A stretch of 64,000 nucleotides of DNA from Escherichia coli O127:H6 str. E2348/69 (lineage in GTDB: Bacteria > Pseudomonadota > Gammaproteobacteria > Enterobacterales > Enterobacteriaceae): assembly GCF_000026545.1 (NCBI RefSeq), contig NC_011601.1; one strand, written 5' to 3'. The translations under genes and the position numbers were made by a program. How positions within the stretch are numbered: position 1 is the stretch's first letter; every line of letters begins with the position of its first letter. The notes under the pieces were generated by a model. That model did no database searches. It had not been told where the DNA came from and saw only the letters and a program-made list of their open reading frames with translations. This document shows, piece by piece, positions 41,258 through 53,124 of the stretch.

Positions 41258-42184
41258 TTAACTGCGTGGGTTGCCGAAAATTTCTAAAAATCCGCTGATT
41301 TCTGGCCTGCGCTGGGTAAACAAGGTCACAATATCTTCTACCGCTTTGCCGCTGCCAAATTTGCGCCATGCCAGACTCAATGGCGAAGGAGGGCGCATCG
41401 TTGGGATTACCCGGCTGACCAGTTGTTGATTATCGAGCATTGACTGGCAAAGTGATTTTGGCAAAAAACCAATGCCAACGCCCGCCAGATGGGCGGCGAT
41501 TTTCGTTTCCATATCGGGAACAATAATCTCTTTTTGCCCCGGCAATCGCCAGGCGACGCGTTTGGTTAAGGTGCGGGCGCTGTCTTCAATATTGACCGCC
41601 GGAAAGCGCCGCAACTGTGCTTCTGTTAGCGGCTCTTCAACGTTCGCCAGCGGATGATCCGCCGCCATGACAAAGCGCCATTGCACCGATCCTAAGGGAT
41701 CAAGACTAAAGGTATTTGCCAGCGCCTCGGTTCCCGTGACGCCGATAGCCAGTGAAAAACCTTCGTACAATAGCGAGTCCCAGACGCCCATATAGATTTG
41801 TCGGGAGATGTGAAATTGGGTAAACGGGTAACGTTCATTTAGCCACGCCAGCAGCCTGGCAACGGCCTGGGGGTTGTAGAGCAGGTTGTTGATGACAATA
41901 TTCACCTGGCGTTCCACGCCATCATTCACCTGTTGCAGCTCGCTGGGCATACTTTCCAGCCAGCTCAGCCAGTCTCTGGCCTGACAAAGTAGATGCTCGC
42001 CAGCCGCTGTCAACGTCACGCTGCGAGTCGTGCGGAAAAAGAGCGCCACTCCGGTATTCTCTTCCAGAAGTTTAATGCGATAACTAATCGTCGCCGTGGT
42101 TTTACATAATCGTTCTGCCGCTTTTGAAAAACTTCCTGTTTCAGCAACCGCAATGAAAGTCCGCAAGGTTTCTGGATCGAACAT
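41258..42184 (-). CDS. allS: LysR-type activator of the allantoin regulon, AllS
   Basis: 308 aa, with a LysR HTH at the N-terminus; divergent from allA. Confidence 0.93.
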   Translation of the reverse strand: MFDPETLRTFIAVAETGSFSKAAERLCKTTATISYRIKLLEENTGVALFFRTTRSVTLTAAGEHLLCQARDWLSWLESMPSELQQVNDGVERQVNIVINNLLYNPQAVARLLAWLNERYPFTQFHISRQIYMGVWDSLLYEGFSLAIGVTGTEALANTFSLDPLGSVQWRFVMAADHPLANVEEPLTEAQLRRFPAVNIEDSARTLTKRVAWRLPGQKEIIVPDMETKIAAHLAGVGIGFLPKSLCQSMLDNQQLVSRVIPTMRPPSPLSLAWRKFGSGKAVEDIVTLFTQRRPEISGFLEIFGNPRS

Positions 42185-42291
42185 CTTCAGGTATCCCCTT
42201 TTAAATCCGCAAGTTGCGTGATTTTCTTATCCTCTGATTTATCAGTATTTTTACATGATAACCCTGTTCAATTTGTGGACTAAATCTAGTT

Positions 42292-42308
42292 TTGGAAAAA
42301 TATTCCAA
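42292..42308. promoter_or_regulatory. AllR operator-like palindrome TTGGAAAAATATTCCAA in the allS-allA intergenic region
   Basis: Inverted repeat TTGGAA...TTCCAA read directly. The same half-sites occur upstream of gcl. Confidence 0.7.
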
Positions 42309-42413
42309 CTTTTGTGTTGATGTTGTTCTCTTAAGGTTTTAGATTGCCTGTTATTGAAACCAAGCTGACCGGTCGGTGGTGGTTGAACGGAATTATGTTA
42401 CAAGGACAAAAAG

Positions 42414-42896
42414 ATGAAACTTCAGGTATTACCGTTAAGTCAGGAAGCCTTTAGTGCTTATGGCGACGTAATCGAAACGCAGAAACGGGATTTTTTCCAT
42501 ATTAACAATGGACTGGTGGAGCGTTACCACGATTTGGCGCTGGTTGAGATTCTTGAGCAAGACCGTACGCTTATCAGCATTAACCGCGCGCAACCGGCGA
42601 ATCTGCCGCTGACCATTCACGAACTCGAACGTCATCCGCTGGGCACTCAGGCCTTTATCCCGATGAAAGGTGAAGTGTTTGTGGTAGTCGTGGCGTTAGG
42701 TGACGACAAACCAGACCTGTCAACCCTGCGGGCGTTTATTACCAATGGCGAACAGGGAGTGAATTACCATCGTAACGTCTGGCATCACCCACTTTTCGCC
42801 TGGCAGCGCGTCACCGATTTTCTGACCATCGATCGCGGCGGCAGTGACAACTGTGATGTTGAAAGTATTCCTGAACAGGAACTCTGTTTTGCGTGA
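42414..42896 (+). CDS. allA: Ureidoglycolate lyase
   Basis: 160 aa; syntenic, cupin-like. Confidence 0.94.
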   Translation: MKLQVLPLSQEAFSAYGDVIETQKRDFFHINNGLVERYHDLALVEILEQDRTLISINRAQPANLPLTIHELERHPLGTQAFIPMKGEVFVVVVALGDDKPDLSTLRAFITNGEQGVNYHRNVWHHPLFAWQRVTDFLTIDRGGSDNCDVESIPEQELCFA

Positions 42897-42973
42897 CGCC
42901 TGCAACCGACTTGCATAAGATAAACGAATTGTTCATTGTTTATGCTCATTTGTAGGTCGGAGTTAACGTAGGT

Positions 42974-43789
42974 ATGACGGAAGTTAGACGGCGCGGCAGG
43001 CCAGGACAGGCGGAGCCTGTGGCACAGAAGGGTGCACAGGCGTTAGAGCGGGGAATTGCGATTCTGCAATATCTGGAAAAAAGTGGGGGAAGTTCGTCGG
43101 TTAGCGATATCTCTCTCAATCTGGATTTGCCGCTCTCCACGACCTTTCGCTTGCTGAAGGTTTTACAGGCAGCGGATTTTGTCTATCAGGACAGTCAGTT
43201 AGGCTGGTGGCATATAGGATTAGGTGTCTTTAACGTCGGTGCAGCGTACATCCATAACCGCGATGTCCTCTCCGTCGCCGGGCCGTTTATGCGCCGCCTG
43301 ATGTTACTTTCCGGCGAAACGGTCAATGTCGCGATCCGTAACGGCAATGAAGCGGTATTAATTGGTCAGTTAGAGTGTAAATCGATGGTCAGAATGTGTG
43401 CGCCGCTGGGCAGTCGTCTGCCGCTGCATGCTTCCGGTGCGGGCAAGGCGCTGCTTTATCCGCTGGCGGAAGAAGAGTTGATGAGCATCATTCTGCAAAC
43501 CGGTTTGCAGCAGTTTACGCCAACGACGCTTGTGGATATGCCCACCTTGCTGAAGGACCTGGAACAAGCGCGTGAACTGGGCTATACCGTAGATAAAGAA
43601 GAGCATGTTGTCGGCCTGAATTGCATAGCTTCAGCAATTTACGATGATGTAGGTAGTGTTGTTGCCGCTATCTCCATCTCCGGCCCTTCATCAAGACTGA
43701 CAGAAGATCGTTTTGTCAGTCAGGGTGAGCTGGTCAGAGACACCGCCCGTGATATCAGCACGGCGTTGGGACTGAAAGCACATCCATAG
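42974..43789 (+). CDS. allR: IclR-family repressor AllR
   Basis: 271 aa with an IclR HTH and effector domain; syntenic. Confidence 0.94.
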
Positions 43790-43801
43790 TGTCTGTCGTA
43801 T

Positions 43802-43826
43802 CCCGCTCTGCGGAGCGGGTTTTTTT
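43802..43826 (+). terminator. Rho-independent terminator after allR (CCCGCTC-TGCG-GAGCGGG + T7)
   Basis: 7-bp GC stem, a tetraloop and a run of 7 T, read directly. Confidence 0.8.
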
Positions 43827-43841
43827 GACAAAATTTGAGAG

Positions 43842-43858
43842 TTGGAAAATTTTTCCAA
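43842..43858. promoter_or_regulatory. AllR operator palindrome TTGGAAAATTTTTCCAA in the gcl promoter
   Basis: Near-perfect palindrome, 21 nt upstream of the gcl ATG region. Confidence 0.75.
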
Positions 43859-43878
43859 TTAATAGAGGTAGGAATAAA

Positions 43879-45660
43879 ATGGCAAAAATGAGAGCCGTTG
43901 ACGCGGCAATGTATGTGCTGGAGAAAGAAGGTATCACCACCGCCTTCGGCGTTCCGGGAGCTGCAATCAATCCGTTCTACTCAGCGATGCGTAAGCACGG
44001 CGGTATTCGTCACATTCTGGCGCGTCATGTGGAAGGCGCTTCGCACATGGCGGAAGGTTATACCCGCGCAACGGCAGGGAATATCGGCGTATGTCTGGGG
44101 ACTTCCGGTCCTGCGGGCACGGACATGATCACCGCGCTCTATTCCGCTTCTGCTGATTCCATTCCTATTCTGTGTATTACCGGCCAGGCCCCGCGCGCCC
44201 GTTTGCATAAAGAAGATTTCCAGGCCGTTGATATTGAAGCAATTGCTAAACCGGTCAGCAAAATGGCGGTTACAGTTCGTGAAGCGGCGCTGGTGCCTCG
44301 TGTGCTGCAACAGGCGTTTCACCTGATGCGTTCTGGTCGCCCGGGTCCGGTACTGGTGGATTTACCGTTCGACGTACAGGTTGCGGAAATCGAGTTTGAT
44401 CCTGATATGTACGAACCGCTGCCGGTCTACAAACCTGCTGCCAGCCGTATGCAGATCGAAAAAGCTGTAAAAATGTTAATCCAGGCCGAACGTCCGGTGA
44501 TTGTTGCCGGAGGCGGGGTAATCAATGCTGACGCAGCTGCACTGTTACAACAGTTTGCTGAACTGACCAGCGTTCCGGTGATCCCAACGCTGATGGGCTG
44601 GGGCTGTATCCCGGACGATCATGAACTGATGGCCGGGATGGTGGGTCTGCAAACCGCGCATCGTTACGGTAACGCAACGTTGCTGGCGTCCGATATGGTG
44701 TTTGGTATCGGTAACCGTTTCGCCAACCGTCATACCGGTTCGGTAGAGAAATACACCGAAGGGCGCAAAATCGTTCATATCGATATTGAGCCGACGCAAA
44801 TTGGCCGCGTGCTGTGTCCGGATCTCGGCATTGTCTCTGATGCTAAAGCGGCGCTGACACTGCTGGTTGAAGTGGCGCAGGAGATGCAAAAAGCGGGTCG
44901 TCTGCCGTGTCGTAAAGAGTGGGTCGCCGACTGCCAGCAGCGCAAACGCACTTTGCTGCGCAAAACCCACTTCGACAACGTGCCGGTGAAACCGCAGCGC
45001 GTGTATGAAGAGATGAACAAAGCTTTTGGCCGCGATGTTTGTTATGTCACCACCATTGGCCTGTCACAAATCGCTGCGGCACAAATGCTGCATGTCTTTA
45101 AAGACCGCCACTGGATCAACTGTGGGCAGGCAGGCCCGCTGGGCTGGACGATTCCGGCGGCGCTGGGGGTTTGTGCCGCTGATCCAGAGCGCAATGTGGT
45201 GGCGATTTCCGGTGACTTCGACTTCCAGTTCCTGATTGAAGAATTAGCCGTTGGCGCACAGTTCAACATTCCGTACATCCATGTACTGGTCAATAACGCC
45301 TATCTGGGTCTGATTCGCCAGTCGCAACGTGCCTTTGATATGGATTACTGCGTACAGCTCGCGTTCGAAAATATTAACTCCAGCGAAGTGAACGGTTATG
45401 GCGTCGACCACGTAAAAGTAGCGGAAGGTTTAGGTTGTAAAGCAATTCGCGTTTTCAAACCGGAAGATATTGCACCAGCCTTTGAACAGGCGAAAATCTT
45501 AATGGCGCAATATCGGGTACCGGTAGTCGTGGAAGTTATTCTCGAGCGTGTGACCAATATTTCGATGGGCAGTGAACTGGATAACGTCATGGAATTTGAA
45601 GATATCGCCGATAACGCCGCGGACGCACCGACTGAAACCTGTTTCATGCACTATGAATAA
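43879..45660 (+). CDS. gcl: Glyoxylate carboligase (tartronate-semialdehyde synthase)
   Basis: The ATG at 43879 gives the 593-aa ThDP enzyme [34 protein letters not shown]...; the track ORF from 43789 is over-extended. Confidence 0.96.
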   Translation: MAKMRAVDAAMYVLEKEGITTAFGVPGAAINPFYSAMRKHGGIRHILARHVEGASHMAEGYTRATAGNIGVCLGTSGPAGTDMITALYSASADSIPILCITGQAPRARLHKEDFQAVDIEAIAKPVSKMAVTVREAALVPRVLQQAFHLMRSGRPGPVLVDLPFDVQVAEIEFDPDMYEPLPVYKPAASRMQIEKAVKMLIQAERPVIVAGGGVINADAAALLQQFAELTSVPVIPTLMGWGCIPDDHELMAGMVGLQTAHRYGNATLLASDMVFGIGNRFANRHTGSVEKYTEGRKIVHIDIEPTQIGRVLCPDLGIVSDAKAALTLLVEVAQEMQKAGRLPCRKEWVADCQQRKRTLLRKTHFDNVPVKPQRVYEEMNKAFGRDVCYVTTIGLSQIAAAQMLHVFKDRHWINCGQAGPLGWTIPAALGVCAADPERNVVAISGDFDFQFLIEELAVGAQFNIPYIHVLVNNAYLGLIRQSQRAFDMDYCVQLAFENINSSEVNGYGVDHVKVAEGLGCKAIRVFKPEDIAPAFEQAKILMAQYRVPVVVEVILERVTNISMGSELDNVMEFEDIADNAADAPTETCFMHYE

Positions 45661-45672
45661 GGGAGATAAATA

Positions 45673-46449
45673 ATGTTACGTTTCTCTGCTAATTTATCGA
45701 TGTTATTTGGTGAATATGATTTTCTCGCCCGTTTTGAGAAAGCTGCGCAGTGTGGTTTTCGCGGCGTTGAATTTATGTTCCCTTATGACTACGACATTGA
45801 AGAATTAAAACAGGTGCTGGCGAGTAATAAACTCGAACATACGCTGCACAATTTACCGGCAGGTGACTGGGCGGCGGGCGAGCGGGGTATTGCCTGTATT
45901 CCTGGCCGTGAAGAAGAGTTTCGGGATGGCGTAGCAGCAGCGATTCGTTATGCTCGTGCTCTGGGTAATAAAAAAATTAACTGTCTGGTCGGTAAAACGC
46001 CGACTGGTTTCAGCAGTGAACAGATTCACACAACGCTTGTAGAAAACCTGCGTTATGCCGCAAATATGCTGATGAAAGAAGATATTTTATTACTGATTGA
46101 ACCTATTAACCATTTTGATATTCCTGGTTTCCATCTCACCGGAACCCGGCAGGCACTGAAACTGATTGACGATGTTGGTTGCTGCAATTTGAAAATTCAG
46201 TATGACATTTATCACATGCAGCGGATGGAAGGTGAATTAACTAATACCATGACTCAGTGGGCCGATAAAATTGGTCACCTGCAAATTGCTGATAATCCGC
46301 ATCGCGGCGAACCGGGAACCGGAGAAATTAATTACGAATATCTCTTTACGGTAATTGAAAATTCTGACTACAACGGTTGGGTTGGCTGTGAATATAAACC
46401 CCAAACCACCACGGAAGCTGGTTTAGGCTGGATGGATCCGTACCGTTAA
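45673..46449 (+). CDS. hyi: Hydroxypyruvate isomerase
   Basis: 258 aa of the xylose-isomerase-like TIM barrel family; syntenic. Confidence 0.95.
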   Translation: MLRFSANLSMLFGEYDFLARFEKAAQCGFRGVEFMFPYDYDIEELKQVLASNKLEHTLHNLPAGDWAAGERGIACIPGREEEFRDGVAAAIRYARALGNKKINCLVGKTPTGFSSEQIHTTLVENLRYAANMLMKEDILLLIEPINHFDIPGFHLTGTRQALKLIDDVGCCNLKIQYDIYHMQRMEGELTNTMTQWADKIGHLQIADNPHRGEPGTGEINYEYLFTVIENSDYNGWVGCEYKPQTTTEAGLGWMDPYR

Positions 46450-46548
46450 AACGTAACGCTATTCAGACAATGCTTTTTTAGGCCGCTAAGTTGGCAGGGG
46501 ATCGTGTTGTCTGAATTCAGGAAAAGCGAAATTTAAAAGAGGTTAATT

Positions 46549-47427
46549 ATGAAACTGGGATTTATTGGCTTAGGCATTATGGGTACACCGATGGCCATTA
46601 ATCTGGCACGTGCCGGTCATCAACTGCATGTCACAACCATTGGTCCGGTTGCTGATGAATTACTGTCACTGGGCGCCGTTAGTGTTGAAACTGCGCGCCA
46701 GGTAACGGAAGCATCGGACATCATTTTTATTATGGTGCCGGATACGCCACAGGTTGAAGACGTTCTGTTTGGTGAAAATGGTTGTACCAAAGCCTCGCTG
46801 AAGGGCAAAACCATTGTTGATATGAGCTCCATTTCCCCGATTGAAACTAAACGTTTCGCTCGTCAGGTGAATGAACTGGGCGGCGATTATCTCGATGCGC
46901 CAGTCTCCGGCGGTGAAATCGGCGCGCGTGAAGGGACGTTATCGATTATGGTTGGCGGTGATGAAGCAGTATTTGAACGTGTAAAACCGCTGTTTGAACT
47001 GCTCGGTAAAAATATCACTCTCGTGGGCGGTAACGGCGACGGTCAAACCTGCAAAGTGGCAAATCAGATTATCGTGGCGCTCAATATTGAAGCGGTTTCT
47101 GAAGCCTTGTTGTTTGCTTCAAAAGCCGGTGCGGACCCGGTACGTGTGCGCCAGGCGCTGATGGGCGGCTTTGCTTCCTCACGTATTCTGGAAGTTCACG
47201 GTGAGCGCATGATTAAACGCACCTTTAATCCAGGTTTCAAAATTGCGCTGCACCAGAAAGATCTCAACCTGGCACTGCAAAGTGCGAAAGCACTGGCGCT
47301 GAACCTGCCAAACACCGCGACCTGCCAGGAATTGTTTAATACATGTGCGGCAAACGGTGGCAGCCAGTTGGATCACTCTGCGTTAGTGCAGGCGCTGGAA
47401 TTAATGGCTAACCATAAACTGGCCTGA
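46549..47427 (+). CDS. glxR: Tartronate semialdehyde reductase
   Basis: 292 aa of the 3-hydroxyisobutyrate dehydrogenase family (GFIGLGIMG). Confidence 0.95.
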   Translation: MKLGFIGLGIMGTPMAINLARAGHQLHVTTIGPVADELLSLGAVSVETARQVTEASDIIFIMVPDTPQVEDVLFGENGCTKASLKGKTIVDMSSISPIETKRFARQVNELGGDYLDAPVSGGEIGAREGTLSIMVGGDEAVFERVKPLFELLGKNITLVGGNGDGQTCKVANQIIVALNIEAVSEALLFASKAGADPVRVRQALMGGFASSRILEVHGERMIKRTFNPGFKIALHQKDLNLALQSAKALALNLPNTATCQELFNTCAANGGSQLDHSALVQALELMANHKLA

Positions 47428-47596
47428 TACCCGCAATAAAAATGGCCGATATCAGAAAATGAATCGGCCAGCAATATTAAAAAAAGAAAGCAGCCAAAGA
47501 TGTTGCTTCAGTATTAAAAATAATATTTTTATTTTATTTGTTCCTCATAGCTAGATTAAAACAACGTTATTCGATACGTGAAATTAAGAGGGATTT

Positions 47597-49051
47597 ATGG
47601 AACATCAGAGAAAATTATTCCAGCAACGCGGCTATAGCGAAGATCTACTGCCGAAAACGCAAAGTCAGCGGACCTGGAAAACATTTAACTATTTTACCTT
47701 ATGGATGGGTTCGGTTCATAACGTTCCCAATTATGTGATGGTTGGCGGCTTTTTTATTCTCGGCTTGTCTACCTTTAGTATTATGCTGGCAATTATCCTC
47801 AGCGCCTTTTTCATTGCCGCGGTAATGGTATTAAACGGTGCTGCGGGCAGTAAATACGGCGTACCGTTTGCCATGATCCTGCGTGCTTCTTACGGCGTAC
47901 GTGGTGCACTGTTTCCCGGATTATTAAGAGGCGGTATTGCTGCCATTATGTGGTTTGGCCTGCAATGTTACGCGGGGTCACTGGCCTGCTTGATTCTGAT
48001 TGGCAAAATCTGGCCGGGATTTTTGACTCTCGGTGGCGATTTCACACTGTTAGGCCTTTCTCTACCGGGCTTAATTACTTTTTTACTCTTCTGGCTGGTT
48101 AACGTTGGTATTGGTTTTGGCGGCGGAAAAGTTTTAAATAAATTCACTGCCATTCTTAACCCGTGCATCTATATCGTTTTCGGCGGTATGGCGATTTGGG
48201 CGATTTCGCTGGTCGGGATCGGTCCAATCTTTGACTACATTCCGGGCGGTATTCAGAAAGCAGAAAACAGTGGCTTCCTGTTTCTGGTGGTGATAAACGC
48301 GGTGGTTGCGGTCTGGGCGGCACCGGCGGTGAGCGCATCCGACTTTACGCAAAACGCCCACTCGTTTCGTGAGCAGGCGTTGGGGCAAACGCTGGGTTTA
48401 GTTGTGGCCTATATTCTGTTTGCGGTCGCCGGGGTATGTATTATTGCCGGAGCCAGTATTCATTACGGCGCTGACACCTGGAACGTGCTGGATATTGTTC
48501 AGCGTTGGGACAGCCTGTTCGCCTCGTTCTTTGCGGTACTGGTTATTCTGATGACGACTATCTCTACTAACGCCACCGGTAATATTATTCCGGCTGGTTA
48601 TCAGATTGCCGCCATTGCACCGACGAAACTGACCTATAAAAACGGCGTACTGATTGCCAGTATTATCAGCCTGCTGATCTGCCCGTGGAAATTAATGGAA
48701 AATCAGGACAGTATTTATCTGTTCCTCGATATTATCGGCGGAATGCTTGGTCCGGTAATTGGTGTGATGATGGCGCATTATTTTGTGGTGATGCGTGGGC
48801 AAATTAATCTTGATGAACTGTACACCGCACCTGGCGATTATAAATATTACGATAACGGTTTTAACCTCACCGCGTTTTCAGTAACTCTGGTGGCCGTTAT
48901 TTTATCTCTTGGCGGTAAGTTTATTCCCTTTATGGAACCGTTATCACGTGTTTCATGGTTTGTCGGCGTCATCGTCGCCTTTGCGGCCTACGCCTTATTA
49001 AAGAAACGTACAACAGCAGAAAAAACAGGAGAACAAAAAACCATAGGTTAA
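47597..49051 (+). CDS. ybbW: NCS1-family allantoin permease
   Basis: 484 aa, polytopic; syntenic between glxR and allB. Confidence 0.92.
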   Translation: MEHQRKLFQQRGYSEDLLPKTQSQRTWKTFNYFTLWMGSVHNVPNYVMVGGFFILGLSTFSIMLAIILSAFFIAAVMVLNGAAGSKYGVPFAMILRASYGVRGALFPGLLRGGIAAIMWFGLQCYAGSLACLILIGKIWPGFLTLGGDFTLLGLSLPGLITFLLFWLVNVGIGFGGGKVLNKFTAILNPCIYIVFGGMAIWAISLVGIGPIFDYIPGGIQKAENSGFLFLVVINAVVAVWAAPAVSASDFTQNAHSFREQALGQTLGLVVAYILFAVAGVCIIAGASIHYGADTWNVLDIVQRWDSLFASFFAVLVILMTTISTNATGNIIPAGYQIAAIAPTKLTYKNGVLIASIISLLICPWKLMENQDSIYLFLDIIGGMLGPVIGVMMAHYFVVMRGQINLDELYTAPGDYKYYDNGFNLTAFSVTLVAVILSLGGKFIPFMEPLSRVSWFVGVIVAFAAYALLKKRTTAEKTGEQKTIG

Positions 49052-49110
49052 TTAATCACGATATTGAACATTGAGTTAAAAACCAATCTGTATTTTACAA
49101 GGAGTTTGTT

Positions 49111-50472
49111 ATGTCTTTTGATTTAATCATTAAAAACGGCACCGTTATTTTAGAAAACGAAGCTCGCGTTGTAGATATCGCCGTTAAAGACGGAAAAATT
49201 GCTGCTATCGGTCAGGATCTGGGCGATGCAAAAGACGTTATGGATGCGTCTGGTCTGGTGGTTTCGCCGGGCATGGTTGATGCGCACACCCATATTTCTG
49301 AACCGGGTCGCAGCCACTGGGAAGGTTATGAAACCGGTACTCGCGCAGCAGCAAAAGGTGGTATCACCACCATGATCGAAATGCCGCTCAACCAGCTGCC
49401 TGCAACGGTTGACCGCGCCTCAATTGAACTGAAGTTCGATGCCGCTAAAGGAAAGCTGACTATCGATGCGGCACAACTCGGTGGCCTGGTGTCTTACAAC
49501 ATTGACCGTCTGCATGAGTTGGATGAAGTGGGTGTTGTCGGTTTCAAATGCTTCGTTGCGACCTGTGGCGATCGCGGTATCGACAACGACTTCCGTGACG
49601 TCAATGACTGGCAATTCTTCAAAGGCGCGCAGAAGCTGGGTGAACTAGGCCAGCCGGTGCTGGTGCACTGCGAAAACGCGCTGATCTGTGACGCACTGGG
49701 CGAAGAAGCGAAGCGTGAAGGTCGCGTAACTGCCCATGACTATGTGGCTTCGCGTCCGGTATTTACCGAAGTGGAAGCGATTCGCCGCGTACTGTACCTG
49801 GCGAAAGTCGCTGGTTGCCGTCTGCACGTTTGCCACGTCAGCAGCCCGGAAGGTGTTGAGGAAGTGACTCGTGCACGTCAGGAAGGTCAGGATGTTACTT
49901 GTGAATCCTGCCCGCATTACTTTGTGCTGGATACCGATCAGTTCGAAGAAATCGGTACTCTGGCGAAGTGTTCACCGCCGATCCGCGATCTGGAAAACCA
50001 GAAAGGCATGTGGGAAAAACTGTTTAACGGTGAAATAGACTGCCTGGTTTCCGACCACTCTCCATGCCCGCCGGAAATGAAAGCCGGTAACATCATGAAA
50101 GCGTGGGGCGGTATCGCTGGTCTGCAAAGCTGCATGGACGTGATGTTCGATGAAGCGGTACAGAAACGCGGAATGTCTCTGCCAATGTTCGGCAAATTAA
50201 TGGCGACTAACGCAGCAGATATTTTCGGTCTGCAGCAAAAAGGCCGTATCGCCCCAGGAAAAGATGCCGACTTCGTCTTCATTCAGCCGAATAGCAGCTA
50301 TGTTCTTACCAATGACGATCTGGAATATCGCCACAAAGTCAGCCCGTATGTTGGCCGTACTATTGGCGCGCGTATCACGAAAACCATCTTACGTGGTGAT
50401 GTGATTTACGATATCGAACAGGGCTTCCCTGTTGCGCCGAAAGGTCAATTTATCCTTAAACATCAGCAGTAA
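49111..50472 (+). CDS. allB: Allantoinase
   Basis: 453 aa of the cyclic amidohydrolase family (DAHTH metal motif). Confidence 0.96.
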
Positions 50473-50527
50473 TCTGGCCCTGCAATGCCCGTCCTTGTGG
50501 CGGGCATTCTCCGGTTAAGGTGTGTTT

Positions 50528-51829
50528 ATGTTCAATTTTGCAGTGGGCCGCGAAAGCCTGTTATCAGGATTTCAGTGGTTTTTCTTTATTTTTTGCAACA
50601 CGGTTGTGGTTCCTCCTACGCTACTTTCTGCTTTTCAGTTGCCTCAAAGTAGCCTGCTTACGCTCACGCAATATGCTTTTCTTGCTACCGCACTGGCCTG
50701 CTTCGCTCAGGCGTTCTGCGGTCATCGTCGCGCTATTATGGAGGGGCCGGGCGGCCTGTGGTGGGGAACCATCCTGACTATCACCCTTGGCGAAGCATCG
50801 CGCGGGACACCGATCAACGATATCGCTACCAGTCTGGCGGTGGGGATTGCGCTCTCCGGCGTGCTGACGATGTTGATTGGTTTTAGCGGATTAGGCCATC
50901 GCCTGGCACGGTTATTTACGCCGTCTGTGATGGTCTTGTTTATGTTGATGCTGGGTGCGCAACTGACCACTATCTTTTTCAAAGGTATGCTCGGGCTGCC
51001 GTTTGGCATAGCCGACCCGAATTTTAAAATTCAATTACCGCCGTTCGCGCTCTCGGTGGCGGTGATGTGCCTGGTACTGGCGATGATTATTTTCCTGCCA
51101 CAACGTTTTGCCCGTTACGGCCTGCTGGTCGGTACGATAACCGGCTGGTTGTTGTGGTACTTTTGCTTTCCTTCTTCGCATTCGCTCTCCGGTGAGTTGC
51201 ACTGGCAGTGGTTCCCGCTCGGCAGTGGCGGTGCTTTGTCGCCGGGGATTATTCTGACGGCGGTGATTACAGGTCTGGTAAATATCAGCAATACCTACGG
51301 TGCGATTCGGGGCACGGATGTTTTTTATCCGCAGCAGGGCGCGGGGAATACGCGTTATCGTCGCAGCTTTGTGGCGACCGGATTTATGACACTGATAACC
51401 GTGCCGCTGGCAGTAATTCCATTTTCACCGTTTGTTTCATCCATTGGTTTATTAACCCAGACTGGCGATTACACGCGGCGTTCGTTTATTTATGGCAGCG
51501 TTATTTGCCTGCTGGTGGCACTGGTTCCGGCACTCACGCGACTGTTTTGCAGTATCCCTTTACCCGTGAGTAGCGCGGTCATGCTGGTTTCTTATCTGCC
51601 TTTACTCTTTTCCGCGCTGGTGTTTAGCCAGCAAATAACGTTTACCGCTCGCAATATTTATCGACTCGCATTGCCGTTATTTGTCGGCATATTTTTAATG
51701 GCATTACCGCCTGTGTATCTGCAAGACCTTCCATTAACGCTTCGTCCTCTGCTCAGTAACGGCTTACTGGTCGGAATTTTACTGGCTGTTCTTATGGATA
51801 ATCTTATTCCGTGGGAACGCATCGAATAA
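50528..51829 (+). CDS. ybbY: NCS2-family putative purine/uracil permease YbbY
   Basis: The ATG at 50528 gives a 433-aa polytopic protein beginning MFNFAVGRESLLSGFQWFFF... Confidence 0.9.
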   Translation: MFNFAVGRESLLSGFQWFFFIFCNTVVVPPTLLSAFQLPQSSLLTLTQYAFLATALACFAQAFCGHRRAIMEGPGGLWWGTILTITLGEASRGTPINDIATSLAVGIALSGVLTMLIGFSGLGHRLARLFTPSVMVLFMLMLGAQLTTIFFKGMLGLPFGIADPNFKIQLPPFALSVAVMCLVLAMIIFLPQRFARYGLLVGTITGWLLWYFCFPSSHSLSGELHWQWFPLGSGGALSPGIILTAVITGLVNISNTYGAIRGTDVFYPQQGAGNTRYRRSFVATGFMTLITVPLAVIPFSPFVSSIGLLTQTGDYTRRSFIYGSVICLLVALVPALTRLFCSIPLPVSSAVMLVSYLPLLFSALVFSQQITFTARNIYRLALPLFVGIFLMALPPVYLQDLPLTLRPLLSNGLLVGILLAVLMDNLIPWERIE

Positions 51830-51850
51830 TTTGTTGAAAAAGGATTGATA

Positions 51851-52996
51851 ATGAAGATTGTCATTGCGCCAGACTCTTTTAAAGAGAGCTTAAGTGCAGA
51901 AAAATGTTGTCAGGCAATTAAAGCCGGGTTTTCGACCCTCTTTCCCGATGCGCACTATATCTGTTTGCCGATAGCGGATGGCGGCGAAGGGACGGTGGAG
52001 GCGATGGTTGCCGCGACGGACGGTAACATCGTGAAGCTTGAAGTCTGTGGACCGATGGGCGAAACAGTGAATGCTTTTTATGGCCTTACCGGCGACGGGA
52101 AAACGGCAGTGATTGAGATGGCGGCAGCAAGTGGCCTGATGCTGGTCGCGCCTGAAAAGCGTAATCCGTTGCTGGCCTCCAGTTTTGGTACGGGGGAGTT
52201 AATTCGCCATGCGCTGGATAACGGCATTCGCCATATTATTCTCGGCATTGGCGGCAGTGCGACGGTCGACGGCGGTATGGGCATGGCGCAGGCGCTCGGT
52301 GTGCGTTTCCTTGATGCCGACGGTCAGCCGCTGGCGGCTAACGGCGGCAATTTAGCGCGCGTGGCAAGTATTGAGATGAATGAATGCGATCCGCGTCTGG
52401 CGAACTGTCATATTGAAGTCGCATGTGATGTTGATAACCCGCTGGTAGGGGCACGCGGCGCGGCGGCGGTGTTTGGCCCGCAAAAAGGGGCAACGCCGGA
52501 GATGGTCGAAGAGCTGGAACAGGGGCTGCAAAATTACGCCCGTGTTTTACAACAGCTAACTGAAATCAACGTCTGCCAGATGGCGGGTGGTGGCGCGGCG
52601 GGCGGTATGGGCATTGCGGCGGCGGTATTCCTCAATGCGGATATTAAACCGGGTATTGAGATTGTGTTGAATGCGGTCAATCTTGCGCAGGCAGTGCAGG
52701 GTGCAGCACTGGTGATCACCGGGGAAGGGCGCATCGACTCGCAAACGGCAGGCGGTAAAGCGCCGCTGGGTGTGGCATCGGTGGCGAAGCAGTTTAATGT
52801 CCCGGTGATTGGGATTGCTGGCGTATTGGGTGATGGCGTGGAAGTGGTGCACCAGTACGGCATTGACGCGGTATTCAGCATTTTGCCTCGTCTGGCACCT
52901 TTAGCCGAAGTGCTCGCCAGCGGTGAAACCAATCTCTTCAACAGCGCGCGTAATATTGCCTGCGCCATTAAAATAGGTCAGGGAATTAAAAACTGA
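51851..52996 (+). CDS. glxK: Glycerate 3-kinase (glycerate kinase II)
   Basis: The ATG at 51851 gives the 381-aa protein [20 protein letters not shown]... Confidence 0.94.
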   Translation: MKIVIAPDSFKESLSAEKCCQAIKAGFSTLFPDAHYICLPIADGGEGTVEAMVAATDGNIVKLEVCGPMGETVNAFYGLTGDGKTAVIEMAAASGLMLVAPEKRNPLLASSFGTGELIRHALDNGIRHIILGIGGSATVDGGMGMAQALGVRFLDADGQPLAANGGNLARVASIEMNECDPRLANCHIEVACDVDNPLVGARGAAAVFGPQKGATPEMVEELEQGLQNYARVLQQLTEINVCQMAGGGAAGGMGIAAAVFLNADIKPGIEIVLNAVNLAQAVQGAALVITGEGRIDSQTAGGKAPLGVASVAKQFNVPVIGIAGVLGDGVEVVHQYGIDAVFSILPRLAPLAEVLASGETNLFNSARNIACAIKIGQGIKN

Positions 52997-53124
52997 CTAT
53001 TACCTTTAAAGCGGATGCGATTTATATCGCATCTTTTTTTACCTGAATTGACTACAAAAAAAGCCACGGAATAAACCGTGGCAAAATCCAACATAGCTAA
53101 AAATAATCAGGCGAGTGGTATGAC

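Noticed and set aside
47538-47738. A 66-codon ORF overlapping the ybbW start region (the position of K-12 'ybbV').
   Set aside because: It uses a non-ATG start, overlaps the well-supported permease gene in another frame, and has a basic low-complexity sequence. It is probably not a real gene.
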